From positions 51,721-115,720 of the forward strand of contig CAWBYW010000035.1 in the NCBI GenBank assembly GCA_963792965.1: a stretch of 64,000 nt of DNA. Reading direction: 5' to 3'. Under the pieces are notes generated by a model, which had not been told where the DNA came from, did not search any database, and saw only the letters and a program-made list of their open reading frames with translations. The translations under genes and the position numbers were made by a program. Positions 10,009-19,151 of the stretch are shown in pieces; the stretch's first letter is position 1, and each line of letters starts with the position of its first letter. The stretch comes from an uncultured delta proteobacterium (GTDB lineage Bacteria > Desulfobacterota > Zymogenia > Zymogenales > Zymogenaceae).

Positions 10009-11439
10009 TCACTCCTTTATCCCCGCCAACCTCTTGACGATCCGCTTTTTCTCCCCGATGTCGTACGTGCCCATGATGGCGATAGATTCCATGACCGGGG
10101 AGCCGCCCCCATGGACGCCGGCATACTGGAGCACCCCTCCGATGGCCGACACCGTAAGGTCGGAGATCAACCGGAAGCAGCGGTACTGGTCCTCCGGCGA
10201 GATATCGTCTTTCCTCTTCATGTATTTTTGAACCAGCGCCCCAACCTCCGGGCTGAGGAACTCTTCGTCGTACGGGATCGTCGCCGGAAGCCCTCCCGCG
10301 AGATCACAGATGATCTCGTATTCGTGGTAGATGTTCATGCCGGCGTGGCGTCTGCCGACGTTGCAGTAGACGACGTTCGGGATCTGTGTCCCGGAGGGAT
10401 GTTTGGTGCTTTCCACCGCAGCCGCTATTCCCGCGCCGTACGTCAGCTCGGCCACGCTGACGAGCTCGGCCAGCTTGTCGCGCACGTGGGCCGACTTCTC
10501 CAGGCCGTTGTACTCGGCCACGAGCGCCGATGCGCCCGACACGATATCGGTCACCGCCGGCTTGCAGCCCGTGTAGCTGTGCCGGTGATAGAGGGCGAAC
10601 AGAAGGGCGAGCTGGCCGCCGTATTCGGTCTCGCCGGCCAGGAAAATTCGCTCGTTGGGGACAAATACGTCGTCAAATATCGTCAGCGAGTCCGCGGCAC
10701 CGAACTGCGTAATGGGCGCCTCCAATTTCGCCTGCCGTGGCCGCACCTGTGTCGCCCGGGCTACCATCTTGACCCCCGGGGTGTCGGCCGGAATCGCGAA
10801 GGCGACCGCCCAATCGGACTCGTCTTTCGTCAAGAATCTCGTGGGGATCGCGATAACCTCTTCCGCGTACGGCGCCATGGTGTTGTGGGCCTTGGCGCCC
10901 CGCACAACGATGCCGTCCTTCTTTCGCTCGACGATCCTCAGGTAGAGGTCGGGGTCCGTCTGCTCGTGGGGACGTCTGGTCCGGTCGCCCTTGACGTCAG
11001 TCTGGGCGCAGCAGCCGACCATGTTCTTTTCCTGGAAGTTCTTGAGGAATTCGAGAAAACGTTTGTTATACTCGGTCCCCTTGTCCTGATCGCATGCGTA
11101 GGTGACCACGGAAAGGGCGTTGATGACGTCTATGCCCATGCAGCGCTGGATGCAGCCGCCGCACTCCCGGCACAGGAGCCGCGTCATTTTTTGCTTCTTG
11201 ATGAGGTCATCGATGCTCTGGTGCACGTGGGTGAAGCGACTGATTGGTTTGCCGGAAAGATGAGAGGTGGCAAGTATCACGTCCTTCATCGCCGGGTTGG
11301 TCTGCGCGTCGAAGGTAAGCCCGACGATCGTCTTTCCGGCCAGCAGCTTCGGATCGTTCCTCCCCACTTTTTGGCCGCCGATATAGATGTTCGGCTTGAG
11401 CATACTGAGGGCCTCGAAATAGTCTTCTTTCGTTCTCAC
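10009..11439 (-). CDS. abfD: 4-hydroxybutyryl-CoA dehydratase / vinylacetyl-CoA isomerase (HpaB-like family)
   Basis: CIQRCMG and HRHSYTGCK supply the Cys/Cys/His/Cys [4Fe-4S] ligands; TDVKGDR, RGAKAH, HGGGSP; GTG start with GAGGTGG RBS. Confidence 0.8.
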   Translation of the reverse strand: MRTKEDYFEALSMLKPNIYIGGQKVGRNDPKLLAGKTIVGLTFDAQTNPAMKDVILATSHLSGKPISRFTHVHQSIDDLIKKQKMTRLLCRECGGCIQRCMGIDVINALSVVTYACDQDKGTEYNKRFLEFLKNFQEKNMVGCCAQTDVKGDRTRRPHEQTDPDLYLRIVERKKDGIVVRGAKAHNTMAPYAEEVIAIPTRFLTKDESDWAVAFAIPADTPGVKMVARATQVRPRQAKLEAPITQFGAADSLTIFDDVFVPNERIFLAGETEYGGQLALLFALYHRHSYTGCKPAVTDIVSGASALVAEYNGLEKSAHVRDKLAELVSVAELTYGAGIAAAVESTKHPSGTQIPNVVYCNVGRRHAGMNIYHEYEIICDLAGGLPATIPYDEEFLSPEVGALVQKYMKRKDDISPEDQYRCFRLISDLTVSAIGGVLQYAGVHGGGSPVMESIAIMGTYDIGEKKRIVKRLAGIKE

Positions 11440-11603
11440 TATCCACCTCTAAAAGGATTTATTGGCATACGGCCGTCTCTTGATAGCCGACTCCTCCCTG
11501 CATCCAGGAGATGCCCGCGTACGCTCCCGCCGGAAAGCCCGGTCGCCCGGCGTTGCCGAGACGCCGAGCGCGAATGGTCGTGCGTCTATTTCCACGGGCA
11601 TTA

Positions 11604-11621
11604 TTTGTACGATCGTACAAA
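11604..11621. promoter_or_regulatory. Perfect 18-bp palindrome, candidate TetR operator in the divergent abfD/tetR intergenic region
   Basis: tttgtacga|tcgtacaaa; a second palindrome aactgtacagtt at 11656-11667. Confidence 0.6.
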
Positions 11622-11788
11622 AGGTACCACACGAGTCAGAGGGTGTCAAGGGAAAAACTGTACAGTTGTCCAAAAACTGCTTGCGTCGACCACCGAATAT
11701 GTGCTACATAAGAGGTGAGCTAACGAGAGGGGATTTTGAGCCCGGCGTCACTGTTAGTGTACCGCACAAGTGCGGGCAGGATGAATAT

Positions 11789-12421
11789 ATGCACACTCAG
11801 GACGAGAGAAACGATTTCAGAGGGACCCGCGAAGCAGTGCTCGGCGCGGCGTGTCGTGTCTTTTCCCGGCACCCCTACAACGCGGCAAGCATCCGCATGA
11901 TCGCCCGGGAAGGCGGCTTCGGCCACGCCGTCATAGGCTACTACTTTCCGACCAAGGAACAGCTCTTCCGGGCCGTGGCCGCCGAGATATGTGACGATCT
12001 CTACAATGCCAACGATCAGTGGATGGCCGAGGTGCGGCGCATGGGTTTGAGCGATGGTTTTGAGCGTTACGTGGGAAGATTCGTCGAGTTCAGCCGGGAA
12101 AAACCCTGGGTATTGAGGATCATGATGCTCAACATCGCGGGCTCGGAGGTGGGCGCGATACCGGGGCAGGACCTCCTTATCGAGGCGATAGAGGGCATAC
12201 GGCGGATGTTCGTTTCAACCATGAAGCTCACCGCGTCCATGGAAGAGATCGGCCGTTTCTCCGACAGCTTCAACGCCATGGTTCTCTATTACCTCGGCGC
12301 ACCCGAAAGCGCCGCGTGGCTCCTCAGGATGGACCTCGACAGCCCCGAATACTTCCGGTGGGTGCAGAAAACCCTTGTATCGGTTTTCCTGCCGATGCTG
12401 GGCGGGTTGTTTGAACGATGA
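11789..12421 (+). CDS. TetR/AcrR family transcriptional regulator
   Basis: HTH VLGAACRVFSRHPYNAASIRMIAREGGFGHAVIGYYFPTKEQLF; start chosen at in-frame ATG 11789. Confidence 0.88.
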   Translation: MHTQDERNDFRGTREAVLGAACRVFSRHPYNAASIRMIAREGGFGHAVIGYYFPTKEQLFRAVAAEICDDLYNANDQWMAEVRRMGLSDGFERYVGRFVEFSREKPWVLRIMMLNIAGSEVGAIPGQDLLIEAIEGIRRMFVSTMKLTASMEEIGRFSDSFNAMVLYYLGAPESAAWLLRMDLDSPEYFRWVQKTLVSVFLPMLGGLFER

Positions 12422-12486
12422 CCGTCCGGCCCCTTCCCTCTCCTTTCGACCCGATATGACGCCGACGGCAAGGGATATACATAAAT

Positions 12487-12514
12487 AAAAAAGGCCGGAT
12501 TACTCCGGCCTTTT
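12487..12514. terminator. Bidirectional intrinsic terminator
   Basis: aaaaggccgga-ttac-tccggcctttt between convergent genes. Confidence 0.8.
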
Positions 12515-12532
12515 CGAGTAGGGTCGAGATAG

Positions 12533-13057
12533 TTACTTGTCGTGATCTCCCCACCCCTCGTGATGCCATCCTCCTCTCATCCCCATGCCGGGGCCGAATC
12601 CGGGACCCATCATGCCGGGGCCTCCGAAGGAACACGGGCCGATGCCCATCCCGCCGCCGGGACCCATGAAGGCGTACGGATCGGCCTTCAGCTGCTCGGC
12701 GGTCAAGAGCGCCCGCGCCTTAGTACGAAAATCTCGCAAGAGCGTGATGCGCGTGCCGTTAAGGGCCCTGATCTCGTCCTGGACCTTATCGATCGCCTTG
12801 ATGTCCGGCGTATCGGCCAGGAAGAGCTTCTTCATCTGGAAATCCTTTTTTACTATCTGGTCGCTGATTTTTTCTTGATCATTGAAGAGTTTCTCCTGAA
12901 GATCGATGAGCTTGCTCTTCTGGTCCGTGGTCAGGTTGAGCTTGCCCTCCGGGCCCCAGAATCCCGGCTTTTCATCCTTGGGGCCGGCCGCAAACGCCAT
13001 GCCCGCGACCAACAGCACGGCAATAAGCGCCGCAATCAGGTACGTGTACTTTTTCAT
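12533..13057 (-). CDS. Spy/CpxP/ZraP-like periplasmic helical protein
   Basis: Signal peptide, LNLTTDQ and LLTAEQ (LTxxQ) motifs, Gly/Met/His-rich tail. Confidence 0.8.
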   Translation of the reverse strand: MKKYTYLIAALIAVLLVAGMAFAAGPKDEKPGFWGPEGKLNLTTDQKSKLIDLQEKLFNDQEKISDQIVKKDFQMKKLFLADTPDIKAIDKVQDEIRALNGTRITLLRDFRTKARALLTAEQLKADPYAFMGPGGGMGIGPCSFGGPGMMGPGFGPGMGMRGGWHHEGWGDHDK

Positions 13058-13248
13058 TCATTTCCTCCCTTTTGTTTGGTGCCGCTCTTTTTTCGACGCA
13101 TCCAGCGGCATATCTGTGTATACGCTCTGCCTTGTCCTTTCGCGAGCCGCCTCCCGCGCCGTGACGCGCGATAGCGGCCGAGTGGACAGTTACTCTATTT
13201 AACCGGAGAGACAAAAGAACCCTTCGAATTCCCCACGCAAAAGACAAA

Positions 13249-13285
13249 AAAAGAGGCCGCATCACGTACGTGGAATGCGGCCTCG
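13249..13285 (-). terminator. Intrinsic terminator downstream of the MFS gene
   Basis: gaggccgcat...atgcggcctc stem with an A-run on the + strand (U-run on the minus strand). Confidence 0.6.
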
Positions 13286-13318
13286 TTCGGACCTGTGCCG
13301 TCTGTCGGCACCGACGCG

Positions 13319-14659
13319 CTATATTTGCCGAGACATCTCTTTTGCCTTCTCCTTCATCAAGGTGCTGAGCGCCTGGCCGTCACGCGGGAACGTGAAGATC
13401 ATCAGAAGCTGCAGCAGGCCGCACCCTATCCAGAAGAGGTTGGCGATATTGAAGGCCAAGACCCTCCCAAAGCCGATGATGAAGAGGCTGATCAGCGCGG
13501 GACCGAATCCGTTGCCGAGCGAGTCGGTCAGGTTACTCAGCGAGAGGATCGATCCCCTTGTCTCGGGCGAGTTCACGTTGAGGGTAATCGCCTTGATGTT
13601 GGGAGCGGGCAGGATCACCGTGAAGCCCGTGATGAACGCGAGTGCGAGCGGCACAACCACGCTCGGATCCTTCACCCCTATCTGCGACGGATAGTTGAGC
13701 AAAAACGCCATGGGAATCACCCCAACGATGCAGGCAAGACCGGTAAAGAGCGGCAGATACCGCGGGTTCCTGTTATAGATCTTGTTCCCGATGAGCCCAC
13801 CCACAAAAGACCCCACGAGCGTGGCCGCGCCGCCCGTCATGACGATGAGCGTGGCCATCTCCACCGAGAAGCCTTTGTTCTGGGAGTAGAAATCGTTGAG
13901 ATAGATAAAGAAGACGCCCCACGGGATGCATCCCGGAATGCCCTGTACCAGCACCAGGAGATTCGTCTTGATCCTGAAGATACTCCGATACAGGGAGGCG
14001 TTGATCTTCCCCGTATAGACCATCCCTTTCTCGATCAGCTCCTTGAGGCTCTCCTCGGCTATGCCCCTGGGCGGCTCTTTGACGGTGAGCCAGAAAAGGA
14101 GGATGAACAGGAAGTTCGGGCTCGCCACGATGATAAAGGGAAGACGCCAGCCGTATACCGGCCCGATGAAGCCGGCAATGAGCTGCCCCACTGCCACCCC
14201 CATTCCCTGAACGAGCGTGATCCACGCCGCGGCGGTTGCCCGGTGGCGGTGGGAAAAGAAGTCACCGATCATGGAGAAGGTAATCGGGATCAGCCCGCCG
14301 ATTCCGATGCCCGTGAGCGCCCGCAGCCAGAAAAGCTGGGTATAGGTCTGCGCAAACCCCGAAAGCAGGCAGGGGATCTCACCTACCAGCACAACGGCGA
14401 TGAACAGGTTCTTGCGCGAGATCATGTCGGTGAAATAGCCGATGCCGAGTGTCACCACGGCACCGAGCACCCAGAAAACGAGTGATATCTGTCCTCCCAG
14501 CTTCACGTCGCGCTGGACCGCATCAAAGCCGAAGCTATTCGCTATCGCGGTCAGGTTCGGGGCCATGAGGTTCTGGTCCGCGAAGATGAGCAGGTTTATG
14601 AGGGCGATAAGTATCACCGTGTAAAGCTCTTTTCGACCGAAACTGTTCTGGTTCGTCAT
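13319..14659 (-). CDS. MFS transporter (spinster-like)
   Basis: About 12 TM segments; GYFTDMISRK motif A, RALTGIGIG, GWRLPF. Confidence 0.85.
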   Translation of the reverse strand: MTNQNSFGRKELYTVILIALINLLIFADQNLMAPNLTAIANSFGFDAVQRDVKLGGQISLVFWVLGAVVTLGIGYFTDMISRKNLFIAVVLVGEIPCLLSGFAQTYTQLFWLRALTGIGIGGLIPITFSMIGDFFSHRHRATAAAWITLVQGMGVAVGQLIAGFIGPVYGWRLPFIIVASPNFLFILLFWLTVKEPPRGIAEESLKELIEKGMVYTGKINASLYRSIFRIKTNLLVLVQGIPGCIPWGVFFIYLNDFYSQNKGFSVEMATLIVMTGGAATLVGSFVGGLIGNKIYNRNPRYLPLFTGLACIVGVIPMAFLLNYPSQIGVKDPSVVVPLALAFITGFTVILPAPNIKAITLNVNSPETRGSILSLSNLTDSLGNGFGPALISLFIIGFGRVLAFNIANLFWIGCGLLQLLMIFTFPRDGQALSTLMKEKAKEMSRQI

Positions 14660-14719
14660 GAGTGTCTCCCTTGGTGGATGTCATATGTTTTGACTTCTTC
14701 GTCTATAGGACCGTGGCCT

Positions 14720-17182
14720 TTATCTGCATACGAGATAGAAACTCACAATCTCATACGGAGAGAATTCGTGGGTAAAGACCCCCCCGGGATGGGGAAGCCT
14801 CCTGGATTTTCCATTGATCACTTCCACGACGTGCACCTCTTTAATCGGTATGTCCAAGGAGAACCGGGCTTTCCCTCCCGCGCCGGCACAATCGTAGCAC
14901 CTGACGATAAGCCCTTCGTTATATGGATGGATCGCGCTTACGACCACCGAATCCGTATCGCACGTGAGGATCGCCGCCCCTCGACCGGTTCCCGTACATT
15001 TCAGAGATTTTATAATGAGGGGATTATTGAATTCGTATCCCCTTCTGGTCATCTCATCGACGCCTTCGACATCCAACACGATCGCGTATTCGAAGCGGTG
15101 TGGGCCCCTCTCCCACGCCTGGGATTCTTTATAGAACTTCGTCTTTGCCCTCAGGTGGGTCTTTGCGTCGAGCGCACCGAAGGCCCCAACGCTCCCCTCG
15201 GATGCGAAATCACGGAGCGCCACGTGGTGTATCGGGTAGAGAGGGAACTCATACGTGTTGAAGCCGATCAGGTAAAGCTTAAGCGCTTTCATGAGGAGCG
15301 GCAGGGAGGGGATGAAGTTTTTTACGAGCCACCCTATCCATAAGAAAGACATCATCGAAATGCTTCTGAAAAGGACCAGCCCGAGCGTACTGCCGGCAAG
15401 TTCATGGCCCGGGATTCCCTTGTTGATGACCGCCACGCCGTAGTTCCTTCCCCTGTAGAGGACGCCGTTCTGGAAGGGCCACGTTCCGCTCTCCTTCTTG
15501 GACGTATGAAACGGCTCCTCCCCGAACCACTCCCCACCGAGATAGAAGGGAAACGTATCCACGATCCTCTTGTCCTTCCCGAAGAAATCGATTTCGACGG
15601 CGAACCGCACCTCTTTTCCGTAAAACGGCAAAAGGATGCTCTTCCTGACCTGTGCCAGTCGATTTGACAGAGTGACCACGATCTCACCGACGTATCCTTC
15701 CCCCTTCTTTACGACGATCTCCTTTACCTTCAAGGGGTGCTTTCTTCCGGTGGGCCTGGAAGCCCAGAGATTTCCGATGTCGTCTTCGACGACGATCTCG
15801 TTTCCGCTCCCTGAAAATACCTCTCGGTCCTTCTCTTTATCGTATATGGCCAGTGCCCCGCTCTTTTTGTCGACCGTAATTCGGATCCGCTCGTTCTCCA
15901 TCGAGTTCGGACTGACCGTGAGCGGAGAGGGGCCCGTCGCTTCGGGGCGCACCGGAGAGATGCCGAGAGGCTGCGCGGTGACAACCTCCATCCGGCCGTC
16001 TATCTCGACGATTTCTCTTCTGTTCCAGCTGCACGGGTTTACGACGTAGCGGCAATCCCCAGAAAGCCAGCGGCTCAGGAACTCATCATTTTTTTTAGCG
16101 CACTTGTCGATGATCTTTTCGGCCCTGCCGTATCTTTCCAACGATTTCCTGAAGACCCTGTCCGTCCCGGTGCCGCAGATGGTGTCGTGAAAATCACTCT
16201 TCAAAACCTCCCACCACGCCTGCCTCATCTCCTCGTGAGGATAGGGGGCGCCCAGCACCTGACAAAGGGAAAGGAGCTTTTCGGTTGAACAGAGCCTGTT
16301 TTCGAGCTCCCTGCCCCGCTTCTTCAGCCTCTCCCGCGACGAAAAGTACCCGGAATAGATCGGGGCGAACTCCTCCTGGATCTCGGGGAGAGTCTCCTTT
16401 TCGACGAGCCTGAAGAACGCGCTCGGGGTGGAAAAGGACATGTGGACCGATTCGGTCTTGTTCCACAGCTCCACGGACTCGATCCAGTCCTGTGTCGGTA
16501 TGGAGAAGTCGCCTCCGAGCGGGATCATGAGATACGGGACCGGCGAGCGCTCTCCCTCGAAGGGGATCCTGACCTTCATCTCCTTGAAGAACTTCTTGAT
16601 ATTTTCCTTGCGCGACGCCGTGGGCTCCGCGCAGGTATAGTGGGCCGCCCACCAGTAGGCCGTTATCTTTTTTCGCGGGGAAGGCGAGACCCATCTGAAC
16701 AGCGTCGGGTGCAGCGCGTCGTATGGGTGGACCCCCCGACAAAAGACGAAATGCGTGAAACCCAGCATCTGCATGATCTGGGGAATCTGGGTAGGATGGG
16801 AGAATTCGTCTATCTCCCAGGCGACCTTGATGTCCAGGCCGAAGGTCTCCTTGTACCACTCTTTTCCAATGGAGAACTGCCTGATGAGCCCCTCCCCGGT
16901 GGGGATACCCTCGTCCGGGGAAACGACGCCTCCGCCGACGAGCTCAAGCCTTCCCTCGTCTATGTATTTCTTTATCTCGCCGGCGGAGCCGGGGTTTTGT
17001 TCGAGGAAATACTTGAGGGGGAGCACGGTATCGATGACGAAGGTGAACTGGGGAAATTTCCTCAGGAGATCGAGGCCTTTTTCGATGATGATGAGGGCGT
17101 CCTGCTCGTGGTGCGGCTCTTCCTTCCACCATTCGAAATCAAAATGGAAATGGGGGATGAGAAATACTTTTTCTATCTCCAT
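14720..17182 (-). CDS. Glycoside hydrolase family 38 alpha-mannosidase-like protein
   Basis: HFHFDFEW (HxD Zn motif), GRLELVGG, AWEIDEFSH nucleophile region, FHDTICGTG; start at ATG 17182. Confidence 0.85.
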   Translation of the reverse strand: MEIEKVFLIPHFHFDFEWWKEEPHHEQDALIIIEKGLDLLRKFPQFTFVIDTVLPLKYFLEQNPGSAGEIKKYIDEGRLELVGGGVVSPDEGIPTGEGLIRQFSIGKEWYKETFGLDIKVAWEIDEFSHPTQIPQIMQMLGFTHFVFCRGVHPYDALHPTLFRWVSPSPRKKITAYWWAAHYTCAEPTASRKENIKKFFKEMKVRIPFEGERSPVPYLMIPLGGDFSIPTQDWIESVELWNKTESVHMSFSTPSAFFRLVEKETLPEIQEEFAPIYSGYFSSRERLKKRGRELENRLCSTEKLLSLCQVLGAPYPHEEMRQAWWEVLKSDFHDTICGTGTDRVFRKSLERYGRAEKIIDKCAKKNDEFLSRWLSGDCRYVVNPCSWNRREIVEIDGRMEVVTAQPLGISPVRPEATGPSPLTVSPNSMENERIRITVDKKSGALAIYDKEKDREVFSGSGNEIVVEDDIGNLWASRPTGRKHPLKVKEIVVKKGEGYVGEIVVTLSNRLAQVRKSILLPFYGKEVRFAVEIDFFGKDKRIVDTFPFYLGGEWFGEEPFHTSKKESGTWPFQNGVLYRGRNYGVAVINKGIPGHELAGSTLGLVLFRSISMMSFLWIGWLVKNFIPSLPLLMKALKLYLIGFNTYEFPLYPIHHVALRDFASEGSVGAFGALDAKTHLRAKTKFYKESQAWERGPHRFEYAIVLDVEGVDEMTRRGYEFNNPLIIKSLKCTGTGRGAAILTCDTDSVVVSAIHPYNEGLIVRCYDCAGAGGKARFSLDIPIKEVHVVEVINGKSRRLPHPGGVFTHEFSPYEIVSFYLVCR

Positions 17183-17235
17183 CGTCGGCTCACTGCTCCA
17201 TGTTATCGGTTTTTGCCCACAAGACCGAAACCACC

Positions 17236-18729
17236 TCAAACCGGGTCCGGTTTCAGCCTTCGATAAATCTCCCGGTATTTATCGTACATCTCGTCGTAGG
17301 TCTTCTTAGCCTCCTTACGCGGCACGATGACCTCATCCCGGTAGCGAACCCATGCTTTCGTCGCCTCGTCGATATCCCGAAACACGCCGCTTCCCACCGC
17401 CGCCAGAAGTGCGGCGCCGTAGGCGGAGCCTTCATCCACCCTCGGAGATCTCAGCGAGACACCCAGGACGTCCGAAAAAATCCGGGCCCACACGGCGCTC
17501 TTCCCGCCGCCGCCGGTGAGAACCAGCTCATCCGGTACGTCCGCCCTCCGGCCGAGGGCATCGTAGGCCTCCCGGAGGGAAAACGCGACGCCTTCCATCA
17601 CCGCCCTGGCAAAGTGCCCCCTCCCGTGGCTGATGTCGATCCCGTAAAAGAGGCCGCGGGCGGCCGCGTCCATATGGGGAGTCCTCTCTCCCCTCAGATA
17701 CGGCAGGAAGATGAGGCCGTCGGAGCCGGGGGGGGCGGCGGCGGCCATCTGATCGAGGATTCGGAACGATTCCCCACCCGTCAATGTATCCCTGAACCAT
17801 TTCAGCGAGAGGCCGGCGGCGAGCGTCGCCCCCATATAGTAGAAAATGTCGTGCACGCAGTGGCAGAAGGTGTGGATCTCAAATCCCTTCTCATTACCGG
17901 GGTCGCTGAGCTTACCGACGGGTAACAGTATCTGTCCCCCGGTGCCGACGGTGAGAGAGGCCGAGTCCTGTCGTATGATCCCGTTTCCGACCGCCTGTAC
18001 GGGCTGGTCCCCGCCCCCGTAGACCACCGGTACCGAAGCCGCAAACGAGAGCTCGGCCACGGCCTCGTCGGTCAGTACGCCCGCGACGTCGTCGGAATGG
18101 TGGACGTCGGAAAGGATATCGGGCGGGATGTTGAGTGCATCGAGCACTTCGGGTGCCCACGCGCGCCCCTCGATATCGAAGAGCCCCGTCGCCGAGGCGT
18201 CGGTGATGTCGGTGCCGAGAGCACCCACGAGCCTCATCCTGATGTAGTCTTTCGGCTGTACGACCTTCCGCGTTTGACCATAGACGTCCGGCTCGTTCTT
18301 TTTCACCCACAGGATGGAGGGCGCCGTAAATCCCACCGGGACCGCGTTTTTCACCGTTCGGAAAAGCCCGAGCCGCCCAAAACTCTCGGAGATGAAGCCG
18401 GCCTCCTCGGTGGCCCTTTTGTCGGCCCAGAGGATTGCCCGCCTCAACACCTCCCCCCTCCCCCCGAGGAAGACGGCGGTGTGCATCTGGCCGGAGAGGC
18501 CTACGGCCCTGACCTCGTACCCTTTCTCGGAAGCGGCCTTTACCTCCCGCACCGCCGACACCACCGCGTCCCACCATGTCCGCGGATCCTGCTCGGCGGC
18601 GCCCGACGTTCGGGTCTCGATGTCGTAGTTTCTCAGCGAGGTGCCTAAGAGCTTACCCGACTCCGAGACAAGGACCGCCTTTGTGGTGGAGGTGCCGACG
18701 TCTATCCCGAGAAATGCCAGCTTTGTCAT
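17236..18729 (-). CDS. xylB: Xylulokinase (FGGY sugar kinase)
   Basis: LGIDVGTSTTK, GLSGQMH, AILWAD, GGGDQ, FLPYLRGERTP, TGGGGKS. Confidence 0.8.
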   Translation of the reverse strand: MTKLAFLGIDVGTSTTKAVLVSESGKLLGTSLRNYDIETRTSGAAEQDPRTWWDAVVSAVREVKAASEKGYEVRAVGLSGQMHTAVFLGGRGEVLRRAILWADKRATEEAGFISESFGRLGLFRTVKNAVPVGFTAPSILWVKKNEPDVYGQTRKVVQPKDYIRMRLVGALGTDITDASATGLFDIEGRAWAPEVLDALNIPPDILSDVHHSDDVAGVLTDEAVAELSFAASVPVVYGGGDQPVQAVGNGIIRQDSASLTVGTGGQILLPVGKLSDPGNEKGFEIHTFCHCVHDIFYYMGATLAAGLSLKWFRDTLTGGESFRILDQMAAAAPPGSDGLIFLPYLRGERTPHMDAAARGLFYGIDISHGRGHFARAVMEGVAFSLREAYDALGRRADVPDELVLTGGGGKSAVWARIFSDVLGVSLRSPRVDEGSAYGAALLAAVGSGVFRDIDEATKAWVRYRDEVIVPRKEAKKTYDEMYDKYREIYRRLKPDPV

Positions 18730-18975
18730 GATCGGGCAACCCACCGGGTCCCGTCGTGTGACCGGGCTCCCGGGCCGTCCGAGACGGCCGTCGCGCGGGC
18801 TGCCTTCGGCCTGTCCGTGCAGACTCCTGGGAGTTTGCGCTTACAGCTTCTCATATATTCCCGGGCACTTTCCACGGCCGTCTCTCGTCGTGTCCTCCGG
18901 ACAGGTCCGGTCCAATAGACCTCTTGCGGCGCTCCGTCCGGGGCTTTCCTGATCGTCTGTATCGTAATGATGTAT

Positions 18976-19051
18976 TGGCGCGCCCGGCAGGAATTGAACC
19001 TGCGGCCCACGGATTAGAAGTCCGTTGCTCTATCCCCTGAGCTACGGGCGC
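18976..19051 (-). tRNA. tRNA-Arg (anticodon TCT)
   Basis: GCGCCCGTAGCTCAGGGGATAGAGCAACGGACTTCTAATCCGTGGGCCGCAGGTTCAATTCCTGCCGGGCGCGCCA folds as a 76-nt cloverleaf with encoded CCA. Confidence 0.97.
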
Positions 19052-19151
19052 ATAGATAGGCATACTGTTGGATGAGTCCTTACGGGGAAGCTCCTCACAA
19101 GTGAAGCTCTTTTCGCCCACATTTCATTAGTATCAATTTTTGGAAATCGTG

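Noticed and set aside
10009-11439. 4-hydroxyphenylacetate 3-monooxygenase (HpaB) call
   Set aside because: The Fe-S ligand Cys/His pattern and the anaerobic gene context favour the dehydratase branch.
10111-11718. 535-aa plus-strand ORF (likewise 13295-14485, 26830-27969, 28467-29681, 34711-35826, 42949-44412)
   Set aside because: Antisense shadows of well-supported genes in high-GC DNA, with no recognisable motifs.
18750-19151. tRNA-Arg as an island integration site
   Set aside because: No integrase nearby, no duplicated 3' end of this tRNA noticed in the window, and flanking genes are host-like.
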